A stretch of 64,000 nucleotides of DNA from a virus (taxonomy: Duplodnaviria; Caudoviricetes). Below, in pieces: positions 19,528 through 29,440 of this stretch. The notes beneath the pieces are model-generated. The model worked only from the letters and a program-made list of their open reading frames with translations. It did not search any database and was not told where the DNA came from. The DNA is taken from positions 64,001-128,000 of the IMG/VR virus record IMGVR_UViG_3300043414_000372, one strand, 5' to 3'. Position 1 is the stretch's first letter, and each line of letters opens with the position of its first letter. Both the position numbers and the translations under genes were made by a program.

Positions 19528-19970
19528 TTGGTTAACACTTTAAAATATATGTTTCTTAACTCATCACTGGTATCTAAAAAGGTGGGTAATTGATCCCATA
19601 CAGTATGACATTTAATCATTGGGACTTGGTCACAATCTCTATATAACGCTCCCAACTCACTTACCCCATCATAAAATACACTAGGATGCTGCACTGCAAA
19701 ATCAAAATACCAACATGGATAAGTCTCTGTATCTTGTTGCTCAAATAAGAATCCAAACTCAGTGAATTCGTTAAATCTTATTTCTATTTTTTCAGGGATA
19801 CGAACAAGTTCAGGCTGACTACGTAATGAGATTGCTTGTTGCACCGTATCAAAATTACTTTGTGTATTGCGTTTATGATGCCATTCTTTATCCATATCAG
19901 GACGATGGCGGTTTGGTACATTAGTTTGCGTAATATCAAATAACGTGTAGCAAGAGATAATGTAACTCAT
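19524..19970 (-). CDS. Hypothetical protein
   Basis: ORF; TTAAATA late-like motif upstream. Confidence 0.7.
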   Translation of the reverse strand: MSYIISCYTLFDITQTNVPNRHRPDMDKEWHHKRNTQSNFDTVQQAISLRSQPELVRIPEKIEIRFNEFTEFGFLFEQQDTETYPCWYFDFAVQHPSVFYDGVSELGALYRDCDQVPMIKCHTVWDQLPTFLDTSDELRNIYFKVLTK

Positions 19971-19990
19971 ACTACTATTTAACAGAGGTA

Positions 19991-20020
19991 AAAAAACCCT
20001 AGAAAATCTAGGGTTCTTTT
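19991..20020 (-). terminator. Rho-independent terminator
   Basis: AACCCTAG-ATTTT-CTAGGGTTTTTT after the ORF ending at 20034. Confidence 0.65.
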
Positions 20021-20033
20021 ATACAGATATTGA

Positions 20034-20423
20034 TTAACCTGTGAATGTAGCTGTAGCTGTAGTAACAGTTGTGTTACCAACACCACCTGCTGTCAATTCA
20101 GCAATGATAGCTGCGTTCAATGTAGTAGTTGTCCAAGCGCCAGTTGGATACACAGCCATTGCCAATGTATCAGGACCTGCAGTTGTAAACTCATAGATGT
20201 AAACTGTAGCTAATTGTTGTGTAGCTTGGATGATCAAGCTAACTTGAGTACCAGAGAAAGCACCTGAACTAGCTGCTGTAACTGTGAAGAAGTCTAGTTT
20301 AGGACCTTGAGGTTGTACTGTAGCAGCAGAACTAACTGCGTTTGCACCACTGTTGGTGTATGAGAATGAATCATAGTTGATTACCGGTAGAAAGTCACCG
20401 TTTGTTTTTGTAAATTGTGCCAT
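20034..20423 (-). CDS. Putative small virion protein
   Basis: T/A-rich; strong RBS, own late promoter (CTAAATA) and terminator. Confidence 0.6.
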   Translation of the reverse strand: MAQFTKTNGDFLPVINYDSFSYTNSGANAVSSAATVQPQGPKLDFFTVTAASSGAFSGTQVSLIIQATQQLATVYIYEFTTAGPDTLAMAVYPTGAWTTTTLNAAIIAELTAGGVGNTTVTTATATFTG

Positions 20424-20504
20424 TTTGAAATGCCTTTAAATAAGTTGAAGCCTACTGCTTCATATATTTATTTAGTCCTAGTACGAAAAAAAGTCGGTTT
20501 TGGT

Positions 20505-21656
20505 TTAGCGGCCGGCTAGATTTTGGCGACTAAATCCCATTCTATCAACGAATTTTAAGCCATTTGATACGAAACCTTCATGTGTTTCAGTTCCATCATC
20601 TAATTGCCCTTTGACAGGACTTGCTTCTGCTGCTTTATTAAGTTGGTCTACAATAGACATTTTTAACTTATACATCTCTACCCAAATAGTAAATGCTCCG
20701 GCTAATCCTGCTTGATTATTTGTAAGATGTTCAACTATCTTAGCTTTCATTTTATCTGTCATTGGTCTAGCTTCTACAAAATCCATAAAACCATCAAGCA
20801 TATTATTTAAATCACCAGCTACAATTTTTTTGTTTATATAAACTGTAAATAACTGATTAAATGTATTACGTGCTTGAGGTGCAGTATCCATCATTTGATC
20901 CACTGCTGCTCCGTACTTTTTAATAGCATTTTGAGTACTTTTAACTAATGCTGTGTCAATTTTCATTTTAGGAGTAATTGGCATAGCACTGGGAACAATA
21001 GCAACATTGCTATTATTTTTAAGTTGACCTATAGAACCATCTAATGTAGTAGCATCATCTGTTGTCATAGCGTTAGGTGCTAGATATTGATGTACCGCAA
21101 TACCCCCCTGTTTGCCAGCCATCAATTGCCCAATATCACTATCAGCAACTACTTTATAAGTAATACCGTTTGGATTTGCTTTGAATACATATAACCCATT
21201 CTGTTCCTTCAGTGGCTGACTGAATAACAAATCTCCCCAATAATATCCTTTAGCACCGGTTGATGCTTTTGTTAATCCAGGCCATAATTCTGCTATCAAA
21301 CCATATAATCCCGCACGGTTAACACCTCTGGCTTGATCGTATTGAACAAACTGTTCTGGACTGAATACTTGTCTGCCTGACCCGTCTTTCTTGTTGAACA
21401 TATGCTTGTCCATAATAGAAAACTGTCCACGACTATTACGACCAAATATCAATGCAGGATATCCGTCCCACTTAATAGTAACAGTCTTGGGATTCTTTAC
21501 AGTAGCTATACTTGCTTGTAATGCACGATTTGCACCCTGACTACCACCCAAAAATATCAAATCTTCAGGATGATCTAAGTGACCTTTATCTTCTTTTAGA
21601 GAAGATATCTTATCTACTTTGTCTCTAAGTATTGCTAACGATTCAGATAGGTTCAT
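20505..21656 (-). CDS. Conserved phage protein (DUF6267-like)
   Basis: HLDHPED, TIKWDGYPALIFG, GYYWGDLLF, HEGFV..G.KFVDRMGFS motifs recalled from T4-like phage hypotheticals. Confidence 0.55.
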   Translation of the reverse strand: MNLSESLAILRDKVDKISSLKEDKGHLDHPEDLIFLGGSQGANRALQASIATVKNPKTVTIKWDGYPALIFGRNSRGQFSIMDKHMFNKKDGSGRQVFSPEQFVQYDQARGVNRAGLYGLIAELWPGLTKASTGAKGYYWGDLLFSQPLKEQNGLYVFKANPNGITYKVVADSDIGQLMAGKQGGIAVHQYLAPNAMTTDDATTLDGSIGQLKNNSNVAIVPSAMPITPKMKIDTALVKSTQNAIKKYGAAVDQMMDTAPQARNTFNQLFTVYINKKIVAGDLNNMLDGFMDFVEARPMTDKMKAKIVEHLTNNQAGLAGAFTIWVEMYKLKMSIVDQLNKAAEASPVKGQLDDGTETHEGFVSNGLKFVDRMGFSRQNLAGR

Positions 21657-22684
21657 TTGCCTTGTGCCGCCATTGCTTGTTTAACTTTTTCATCAAACTT
21701 TGCTTGTTCTTCCGGAGTAACTCCACCTTCTCTAGCTGCTCTTACCTTGCCTTTTGGCATTCGTATAGTGTTATCTACTGGAGGGGATGCCGGAGGCGCT
21801 GCCGGCGAAGGTGTTTTTTGATTAGCAGTATGTACTACCCCGGTAGGTGTCGTTGTAGTTGACCCGCCGGTTGATGATTGTTTAGTATTTGATCCGGATA
21901 ATTGCCCTGCCATTTGTCCAAATGCGTTATTGCCGGCAGCCGGTGCTGAGGTTGCAGCAGTGGGTGTAGCACCGCGTCCTGCCAATGTATTATCAATATT
22001 TTTCTTAACACTTAACAAATCACGTTTACGCAATGTAGGTATAATCTTATTAATTTCTCTTACACCAACTTTAGATTGTCTTTCTGCTTCAGGAGAAACA
22101 GTCGGTGCAGGAGCCGGGCTGCTCTGCGGCGCTGTATTAGTTGGTGCTCCGGCGGGAGTAGTATTACTCAATCCGCTGCCTGCTCTTTGTTGTTTAGCTT
22201 GTTGAAATGTGTTCCATGCCCAAACTCCCATATTCTGTAGTGCTGCACGGCCTTTATCTCTAGGATAAGTTTTTTCTACTTCCTGAGCAAATTTTTGAAT
22301 CTCTGCTATATGAGCCGGATCTTGAAAAATAGGACTATTCATCTGCTTAATAAAATTCTGTGCTACCAAGTCACTCATTGATTGTGTAATACCTGTATTC
22401 TGAGCATTAGCTGCCACTTGATTTCTTCTACCTTGTGGAGTAAAGGCTTCATCAATTATACTTTCAAAAATATTATTTAATTTTTCAAATCTCTTACTCT
22501 CGGGGGTTACAGTTGGTGCTGCGGGAGCAGTAGCAGGAGCAGCAGGTCGCTGACTTAAACTAGGTTTTCCGGTTCTAGCCTGATATGATTTATCTATTAT
22601 TTTACCCAGTTCATCAACTAAATCATCTATAAATATGATTCTAGCATCGGAATCTACCGATTCTTTTAATTCACGTAATTTCAC
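21653..22684 (-). CDS. Hypothetical P/A/T-rich protein, possible internal head protein
   Basis: N-terminus MKLRELKES; low-complexity linkers. Confidence 0.6.
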   Translation of the reverse strand: MKLRELKESVDSDARIIFIDDLVDELGKIIDKSYQARTGKPSLSQRPAAPATAPAAPTVTPESKRFEKLNNIFESIIDEAFTPQGRRNQVAANAQNTGITQSMSDLVAQNFIKQMNSPIFQDPAHIAEIQKFAQEVEKTYPRDKGRAALQNMGVWAWNTFQQAKQQRAGSGLSNTTPAGAPTNTAPQSSPAPAPTVSPEAERQSKVGVREINKIIPTLRKRDLLSVKKNIDNTLAGRGATPTAATSAPAAGNNAFGQMAGQLSGSNTKQSSTGGSTTTTPTGVVHTANQKTPSPAAPPASPPVDNTIRMPKGKVRAAREGGVTPEEQAKFDEKVKQAMAAQGK

Positions 22685-22920
22685 GATTTTTTCCTCAATG
22701 ATTTGGAAAATCTCTGCTGGTCTTTGCTTTTAATAGCACTTAGCAACTTCCGCTCCAATATTTGTGCCTGTTCCTCAGGGTAATGTTTGTTAATTAACTC
22801 AAGTAAATTAATAGCACTAGTTATGATATTATGGGCTCTACTCTCAATAATGTGGCTAGTGTCACGGTTATTTCCAAGTGCTTCTAATTCCTGCAAGAGG
22901 GAGCGGGTTTGTTTTTGCAT
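22681..22920 (-). CDS. Hypothetical protein
   Basis: ORF with late motif CATAAATA upstream. Confidence 0.7.
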   Translation of the reverse strand: MQKQTRSLLQELEALGNNRDTSHIIESRAHNIITSAINLLELINKHYPEEQAQILERKLLSAIKSKDQQRFSKSLRKKS

Positions 22921-22959
22921 ATAATTATCCTACTAGTATTTATGCTATTTCCAGAATAA

Positions 22960-24402
22960 TTATTTCTTTAATGAATTCAATAAAGACTTAAACTTTGAAC
23001 CCTGTACATCAGCATGTACAGTCCTAGTCAAGGGTTCCATAGTGATTTCACCTGTAGTTTGATCAACTGTATAATCAGTTACTGTAGCTTGTGGTTTTAA
23101 GGTACTCATAATGTCATTTGCGCTTGGCTTAGGGGTATAACTTTGTTCTCCGTCAACTCCAGGATCACTTATACGCATAGTCTCAACATCATATTCTAAA
23201 TCAATCTTCATGCCCACACCCGTTGAACTACGACTTTTCATACATTGTATTTGATACTTGCCACGCTCACGCATACTGCGACTTGTGAAAATACCAAACA
23301 CATTGTCTGCTGTGTTAATCTTACTAATACCACCTGCAATGTGACTATGATCAAATTCAATTTCATCAACTGCACTACGATTCAATTGACTTGCAGTTAC
23401 TAATAGTATCCCAAGTTCCTTAGACAGGTTACGCAATTCTTCAGCAACATATTTGTCTTTGATAAACTGATCGTTTGGATTGACCTTAACAGACACTGGC
23501 ATAACTAAATCTAAGTAATCTACCATTACAAAATCAATCTTGATTCCAGTCTGAATCTGTACCTCTTTCAAATAAGCACGAATGTCATTGACATTACTTT
23601 GTGCTGGTAAATTCTTAACACGATACTTACCGGCCTTCTTTCCTGCCATCTTAACTCTAAGTTCTGTTGTGTCAATATCTTTGCGAATTGCTTTTGTTCC
23701 CATCATGGTTAACATTGCATCAGTACGCAAACTTGTTAGTTCTTCACTCAACTCTAAAGTGATATACACACCACTCATTCCCATCTGTAACCAGCTTAGT
23801 GCAATATTCATCATCACCAATGATTTACCTGAACCTGAACCACCTGCAAAGATATTCAACTCACCTCTACTCATGCCACCATACAGAATACGATCCATCT
23901 GAGGCCAGCCTGTACTTACTTGACCACCGCTGTTAAAGTATTTGTTGATACGACCTTTAGGATCAGCAAAGTAATCTGTACCCATGTCTTTCTGCAAACT
24001 AATCTGTACTGCATCTTTGATTAGTTTCTCAACTGGTTCAAACTCACCTTTCTCAAGTAAATCCGCTGCTTTGAGAATTGCTCTTTCTAGTTCTTGTCGT
24101 TTAGTAAATGATTCAAATTCATCAAAGAACCATTCATAATGCCCATCATTCAAATCAGGCACTGGGTCAATCTCTATTCCAGTTGTTGCTTTAATTTGTG
24201 TTGGGTCCGGTAATACTCTATATTTGTCTGTATGTGACTTAAACAATTCAGCCACTGGTCTGAGTGATCTATCAAAGTTCTCGCTATTCATAATATTCAT
24301 AACACGGGTATACAATTCCGCGTTAGTAACCATCATTCTCAGGAACAATTTCTGAACTTCAGGTGTATAATCTAACTGCTTTTTAGTTTCTTGTTTTGCC
24401 AA
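22960..24402 (-). CDS. Replicative DNA helicase (DnaB / T4 gp41-like)
   Basis: Walker A FAGGSGSGKS, YITLELSE, VMVDYLDL, VTASQLNRSA, MKSRSSTG. Confidence 0.93.
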   Translation of the reverse strand: MAKQETKKQLDYTPEVQKLFLRMMVTNAELYTRVMNIMNSENFDRSLRPVAELFKSHTDKYRVLPDPTQIKATTGIEIDPVPDLNDGHYEWFFDEFESFTKRQELERAILKAADLLEKGEFEPVEKLIKDAVQISLQKDMGTDYFADPKGRINKYFNSGGQVSTGWPQMDRILYGGMSRGELNIFAGGSGSGKSLVMMNIALSWLQMGMSGVYITLELSEELTSLRTDAMLTMMGTKAIRKDIDTTELRVKMAGKKAGKYRVKNLPAQSNVNDIRAYLKEVQIQTGIKIDFVMVDYLDLVMPVSVKVNPNDQFIKDKYVAEELRNLSKELGILLVTASQLNRSAVDEIEFDHSHIAGGISKINTADNVFGIFTSRSMRERGKYQIQCMKSRSSTGVGMKIDLEYDVETMRISDPGVDGEQSYTPKPSANDIMSTLKPQATVTDYTVDQTTGEITMEPLTRTVHADVQGSKFKSLLNSLKK

Positions 24403-25357
24403 TTTTCTTCCTCTGCATTTCTATTTTGATTTTACTATTTGTTGCGCTACGTAGTATACTCAATAGGGTAGGTAACTTACCATATTTTACTACTGCATCA
24501 TTTACATCTTTTACATGATCATCCCAATCCGGCAAACTAACACTATAGCCTAATTCTAATGCTCTATCACACAATGCTAAACCTGTCTTATCTCTATCTG
24601 GAACTAAAATAATTTGTTTATTCAATGTGCTTAATAACAATGCTTGGTCACTATTAATGTCATCATGCATTACCGCTACACCATCTATGCTTAGTGCATC
24701 AAATATACCCTCGGTTACAATACATACACTCCATTCTGCTTTCTGCATGTCTATATTAAACACATACCCGTGTTGTTGCTCATTAATGTATTTGGGAGTT
24801 TTATTGTCCAAGAATCTACTTGTGTGTCCTACAATTTTATTCTTATATGTATAGGGGATGATTACCCTGTTGCCCATCCTACCTTTTTCATACGGAGTGA
24901 TCAAGAAAGGATAGTCACTACTATCTATCTTCCTCGATTGCAGATACTCTGCGTATACTTTGTGTAATGGGTTATTGCTATCCACAATCTCACCCTCTGG
25001 GAGTTTGTGTTCATTGAATTTGATTTTAATCTTTTGTTTTGCTGGCTGTGTAAAGTCTATCAAGTCTTTATGTTGTAAACTTTCTAAACTCCATCTTTTA
25101 ACTTGCTGGTCATCTATACCACACCATACTAATAGATTGCGAGTTTTACTAGTGATTGTTCTGCCCAATACAAAGTTGCACTTGAATCCACAATTGAAAC
25201 AATGCATTGACCAGTTAGTGCCATCAAACTTGATACCACCGCGCATTCGTTTATCTTGTCTATGACCAAAGTGGGTACAACAGATAGCGTTAAAGCTAGT
25301 CCAGCCAGAACTTGTTTGTTTCTTTTTACCAGGTAATATAGACAGGATATCAAACAT
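24383..25357 (-). CDS. DNA primase (T4 gp61-like)
   Basis: Zn-binding C..C/HCFNC, RVIIP, TOPRIM VTEGIFDAL, PDRD, KDVND. Confidence 0.9.
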   Translation of the reverse strand: MFDILSILPGKKKQTSSGWTSFNAICCTHFGHRQDKRMRGGIKFDGTNWSMHCFNCGFKCNFVLGRTITSKTRNLLVWCGIDDQQVKRWSLESLQHKDLIDFTQPAKQKIKIKFNEHKLPEGEIVDSNNPLHKVYAEYLQSRKIDSSDYPFLITPYEKGRMGNRVIIPYTYKNKIVGHTSRFLDNKTPKYINEQQHGYVFNIDMQKAEWSVCIVTEGIFDALSIDGVAVMHDDINSDQALLLSTLNKQIILVPDRDKTGLALCDRALELGYSVSLPDWDDHVKDVNDAVVKYGKLPTLLSILRSATNSKIKIEMQRKKIGKTRN

Positions 25358-25363
25358 CTATTG

Positions 25364-25392
25364 ATTGTAACACAATCATAATGTTAAAGCAA
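25364..25392 (-). promoter_or_regulatory. Sigma70-like promoter, probably leaderless, for primase
   Basis: TTGCTT-17-TACAAT-6 nt-ATG; no SD. Confidence 0.5.
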
Positions 25393-25393
25393 A

Positions 25394-26158
25394 TTATCTG
25401 GTCAATAAATTAGCCACTGCGCCCGCATTGCTAGTAAATTGCATACGAACATAAGGATGGAATCCTTCAATTACATAACCAACCGTTTGTGTAACATTGG
25501 ATACTTCCTCAGTAGTTACAATGTCATACCAATCATTATCAACGATACTGCTACCTTGAATGGTTGTGTTTCCATAGAATTCAATGTATTCAGTTTGGAT
25601 AGTTAGTATTGGATTGTTATTGGTGCTCAATACGCTAGTAGTGTATGTGATGCTACTTCCATTAGCATTGGGACTATTAGGAAAGGCTTGTCCAGTTGGT
25701 ATCGTGATTTCGTATGATGGAACAAAGTTAGGCAATACACTATTAACAATATTCATCTCACCACGAGCACCGGCATTTTGATCAACAAACACAGGGAAGT
25801 CAAACTCATTAACCGGGATTTCTAATGTGTAATAGCATTTTTGAGCCTGAATATTTTCAAGGTCTGCTGCATTTAAATATAACGCACAAATACCAGTGGC
25901 AGCAAACTGCAAGGTTAATGCTTTCTGTATTAAGATTTCACTGCCGGTATAATTTAATATACGGCAAGTGATACTCTTTCCCGTGATATCTATGGGTTTT
26001 TGCTCCTGATTCAGGAATTGAAACTGGATTTGATTATCCACGCCCTTATGCAGGGTTAATGGTTTGGCATAGACTGGCATATATCTCCTCGGTGAATAGC
26101 CTGACAATAACACAACAATGTTGCGCTGAACGTAATAAAATACTGATGTTGAATACAC
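25394..26158 (-). CDS. Hypothetical, probable virion/baseplate-associated protein
   Basis: Beta-rich (HKGVDNQIQFQFLNQEQKPIDITG); late promoter CTAAATA upstream. Confidence 0.55.
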   Translation of the reverse strand: MYSTSVFYYVQRNIVVLLSGYSPRRYMPVYAKPLTLHKGVDNQIQFQFLNQEQKPIDITGKSITCRILNYTGSEILIQKALTLQFAATGICALYLNAADLENIQAQKCYYTLEIPVNEFDFPVFVDQNAGARGEMNIVNSVLPNFVPSYEITIPTGQAFPNSPNANGSSITYTTSVLSTNNNPILTIQTEYIEFYGNTTIQGSSIVDNDWYDIVTTEEVSNVTQTVGYVIEGFHPYVRMQFTSNAGAVANLLTR

Positions 26159-26245
26159 AAATGTAGGCTCCTATAACGTATTTAGTCTATATATTTTAAT
26201 TTAATTAACTTTGGTTACCCGATAAATAAACAGTTAACTAAAATA

Positions 26246-26626
26246 ATGATCCAAAACGAATTCTTTAAACGATTGACAGAAAATCATCCGTTCATCACAG
26301 TATGTTCATATGCCAACCAAGATTATGTTGGAATTGTTCAAAACCGTGATGAGATGGTGACCACTATCTATGATTATGGTGCTATCACAGATAATACAAT
26401 CAAAGAAAAGTTTCTCTCCCTAGGAGAAATATGGTGGTGGGAATCCAATAGACTAATCCCCATTAATCTGTTTTTAAAAGAAGATTGGATTCCCTTTAAG
26501 CCCTATCTCAGGACTTTCACTAACAAAAGTCTAATAGTAGTACACGGTCCAACTTGTAGTATGGCCGAATTAGGAAAACGTAGAAGTAAACGCCGTAGCA
26601 TCACCCTCGTCAAGCGTATGCCCTAA
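26246..26626 (+). CDS. Hypothetical protein
   Basis: ORF with GATAAATA late motif at ~26221. Confidence 0.7.
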   Translation: MIQNEFFKRLTENHPFITVCSYANQDYVGIVQNRDEMVTTIYDYGAITDNTIKEKFLSLGEIWWWESNRLIPINLFLKEDWIPFKPYLRTFTNKSLIVVHGPTCSMAELGKRRSKRRSITLVKRMP

Positions 26627-27181
26627 CAAATTTATGTGAACAACTACTAATTGTGCATATGCAATCGCATGTGCTTTCTTAAACACATAACCATCAGTTC
26701 CCTTATCCCATACAGTTCTATTAATCTCTGACCAGACTTTCCCAATCAAATGCTTTTTGCCAGGACGAATAACTGCTAGAAACATTGCTAATCTTGGGAT
26801 GCTGTCTATAGGTTCTGGCATCTTCTCTAAGTTATAGTACTGATTGTTCAAGTGAATCAGTTTCTCAACAAAAGATTTATCCTTAAGTTTACTCCAATCA
26901 GGCTCAACCATCAATTCAGTTAGATGTTGTTCATCTCTGACATTCTCATAGACATGAACATTTAGTAAATCTAGTTTGAAGTACCCACGCTTCTCTGCTA
27001 CTGTATAATCAATACTTGCTATATCATGTATCGGGTCATAGGGAATAGGTGTAACATATACACCAGTAGCATGTTTACGAATAGGATTGACATTACGCAT
27101 TGCCGCACTTGTGTGCTTAATCAATTCAAGCAATTTATCTCTTGAACCAAAATCAATGTCAATGTCACTATCTATTCTCAC
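26570..27181 (-). CDS. Minimal DNA polymerase III alpha (DnaE)-like protein
   Basis: Collinear DnaE motifs DIDIDF, KHATGV, FKLDLL, IRPG, YVFKKAHAIAY in only 203 aa. Confidence 0.75.
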   Translation of the reverse strand: MRIDSDIDIDFGSRDKLLELIKHTSAAMRNVNPIRKHATGVYVTPIPYDPIHDIASIDYTVAEKRGYFKLDLLNVHVYENVRDEQHLTELMVEPDWSKLKDKSFVEKLIHLNNQYYNLEKMPEPIDSIPRLAMFLAVIRPGKKHLIGKVWSEINRTVWDKGTDGYVFKKAHAIAYAQLVVVHINLLGHTLDEGDATAFTSTFS

Positions 27182-27738
27182 GGTGCCATTACTCCTGCTT
27201 TGATTAGTTTAGTATACGCTTTTTGTACAACAATAGCTTGTCTTTCGGCATCTTCTACTGCTTTGTGACTAGTAGAATGCCCGCCGTCACTTAGTTTGAC
27301 GCCTGCAACTTCATACAACGTTCTAGTGTCTCGTACGGTATAGAATGGCCACGGTATTCGCATTCCAAGTTGACGCCATGCGGTTTCCGCAACAACGACA
27401 TCAAATGAAGCCCCATTAGACCACACAGCGCGGCGATTCCAACAAAACTTATAAAGGGCTTCCATACATTCGCTATATGAAATACGTCCCTGATCTCCCA
27501 TTGCTTCTTCTCTTGCAGCTTCGGACTGCTCTCCCCACCATCTAATAGTATCTTCATTAATAACCCTATCATATTTTTCAGTTTGTTCATCAATCGTAGG
27601 ACGCAATTCTAATCGTTCTACTACACCATTCCCTTTAGGATCAAACCGTACAGCTCCTATAGTTAATATAACACAAAATGGACTTGTGTCAAGTGTCTCC
27701 ATGTCAATCATTATATCATTTGCCATTACATTTGCCAC
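27178..27738 (-). CDS. DEDDh 3'-5' exonuclease (RNase AS / Rv2179c-like)
   Basis: IMIDMETL, WSNGASFD, VRDTRT, HKAVEDA. Confidence 0.85.
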   Translation of the reverse strand: MANVMANDIMIDMETLDTSPFCVILTIGAVRFDPKGNGVVERLELRPTIDEQTEKYDRVINEDTIRWWGEQSEAAREEAMGDQGRISYSECMEALYKFCWNRRAVWSNGASFDVVVAETAWRQLGMRIPWPFYTVRDTRTLYEVAGVKLSDGGHSTSHKAVEDAERQAIVVQKAYTKLIKAGVMAP

Positions 27739-27998
27739 ATTTCATACATTGTTATTAATCTATCATCCCACAACTCTATTGTAACACATCCTCCAACTAA
27801 GGAGAAGTCCCAACCTTGGTGTCTTTCACCGAAATTTCTTCTCATCCATTTTACAATGATAGATGGATCTTCTTTGTGATATTTACAGTCTCTGTTGTAG
27901 ACTGTTCTGTTGCCATTTTTATATTTGTTATCTCTACAACCATTGATATAGACAGTCGGGGCAGCTAGGCCAAATGAGCCAGTGTTCATGTATGCCAT
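27726..27998 (-). CDS. Small paralogue-array protein 12
   Basis: IVKWMRRNFG...GWDF...IELWDDRLITMYEMW. Confidence 0.7.
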   Translation of the reverse strand: MAYMNTGSFGLAAPTVYINGCRDNKYKNGNRTVYNRDCKYHKEDPSIIVKWMRRNFGERHQGWDFSLVGGCVTIELWDDRLITMYEMWQM

Positions 27999-27999
27999 A

Positions 28000-28275
28000 T
28001 CATCCCCATTTCAATAAAAATATTAAGTAGAGTTTTTCATCTACTACTTCGTACCCATCAGTGATGTTACCATTAACTATATTCATTTTTACGCCATACT
28101 TCTGTTCTAGGTAATCTTCAAAATCATATGCGTCAAAATTAGTTTTGTTTTCCATGTACTCTACACGAACTTTTTTCAATGCTTCCCAATACTTCCAACG
28201 ATTCTTTCGTTGATGTAATGCTGGATCATCGTCATCATAATCTTGAAATGATTTTGATATATTGGTCATACCCAT
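28000..28275 (-). CDS. Small paralogue-array protein 11
   Basis: Ends VVDEKLYLIFLLKWG. Confidence 0.72.
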   Translation of the reverse strand: MGMTNISKSFQDYDDDDPALHQRKNRWKYWEALKKVRVEYMENKTNFDAYDFEDYLEQKYGVKMNIVNGNITDGYEVVDEKLYLIFLLKWG

Positions 28276-28469
28276 CTCAATGCAAAATAGGTGCTATATT
28301 CTTCTTTATAGAAATTAAATACTGCGCGGCGATCTCTTGTATCATATGTAGAAGAACGATGATATGCCCAATCAAAATCTACTCCATCAGTCCAGCCGTG
28401 TGCTTGCATTTGATGTACTATTTCTATTACTTCATTTGCGCTTTTGCCGTAGATGGTTACAGATTTCAT
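28266..28469 (-). CDS. Small paralogue-array protein 10
   Basis: Ends FYKEEYSTYFALRWV. Confidence 0.72.
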   Translation of the reverse strand: MKSVTIYGKSANEVIEIVHQMQAHGWTDGVDFDWAYHRSSTYDTRDRRAVFNFYKEEYSTYFALRWV

Positions 28470-28732
28470 TCCCAGCGTAGCAAAAACAATGTTAAATCTT
28501 CAGCACGGGTAAGCATTATCTCACACTGCTTAATGTTATCTACCCAACGATTACTTCCAGTTTCATCATCATAGCCTGAATTGCCATAATTCTTTTTACA
28601 CCATTTCTTTATTTCTTTAGTGTCAACATCATCTTGGTTCTTCCAAGAGATAGTATGTATATTAACTTTGCTACCGAAATAGCGTTCTGTTTTGTGTGTA
28701 AATTTACTCATGACCACCTTAAAATAAACCAT
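28466..28732 (-). CDS. Small paralogue-array protein 9
   Basis: KKWCKKNYG; ends AEDLTLFLLRWE. Confidence 0.72.
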   Translation of the reverse strand: MVYFKVVMSKFTHKTERYFGSKVNIHTISWKNQDDVDTKEIKKWCKKNYGNSGYDDETGSNRWVDNIKQCEIMLTRAEDLTLFLLRWE

Positions 28733-28956
28733 GCTGCCAATTTGGGATCTTTAACTGTGATAGTAGGCACATATCTGAGTCCCATGTTACGAGGGTCAAA
28801 CACTTCATGTCCTTGTGGATAAACACACTCACTCTTGTAGAACCAGGCATAATTGTCGCCGTCAGCGCCAATCATATTGCCCTTGCCCACATGCTGGTTC
28901 AACCATTCGGTACAACCTTCGGGCACCCCTTGTCTAAACTCTACTCTCATGACCAT
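28708..28956 (-). CDS. Small paralogue-array protein 8
   Basis: TEWLNQHVG; ends KDPKLAAWFILRWS. Confidence 0.72.
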   Translation of the reverse strand: MVMRVEFRQGVPEGCTEWLNQHVGKGNMIGADGDNYAWFYKSECVYPQGHEVFDPRNMGLRYVPTITVKDPKLAAWFILRWS

Positions 28957-29204
28957 CTCAATAAAAAAAATGTAGCATCACTACCTTCTTTGAAAGCAAT
29001 CGTGCTGTCCCAGGAATCATATTCAATTTTAGCTTCTTTTAACCAATCTTTCACATTACTAGACACACTAGGAATGTACCATGGATGCGGTATATTAACA
29101 ATAGTCCAACCCATAGCATTGTATAATACTTCTTTGTCAATGCTATCAGATATTTTTTTGGCAACTATATCAAGAATGTGTTGTTCTATATCCATCATGA
29201 CCAT
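28947..29204 (-). CDS. Small paralogue-array protein 7
   Basis: KDWLKEA; ends AFKEGSDATFFLLRWS. Confidence 0.72.
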   Translation of the reverse strand: MVMMDIEQHILDIVAKKISDSIDKEVLYNAMGWTIVNIPHPWYIPSVSSNVKDWLKEAKIEYDSWDSTIAFKEGSDATFFLLRWS

Positions 29205-29440
29205 CTCAATATAAAATGTGTAGCATCTTTTGCGTCTAAGAAATAGAATGTACTACCAGCCCACTCATTTTTTTGCAAACAACAATCACGCTTATGTTCA
29301 CTAACCCACCTAACCATTTCTGCAACTTGATCACACCAATCAGTCCAATCCATTCCCGGGCGTACTGTAAGATGTACCTTGTGATAATTCTTGTCAATAT
29401 CACGTTTTGCTTTTCTACGCTGCTTGCTATTCATGACCAT
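29195..29440 (-). CDS. Small paralogue-array protein 6
   Basis: VRWVSEH; ends YFLDAKDATHFILRWS. Confidence 0.72.
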   Translation of the reverse strand: MVMNSKQRRKAKRDIDKNYHKVHLTVRPGMDWTDWCDQVAEMVRWVSEHKRDCCLQKNEWAGSTFYFLDAKDATHFILRWS

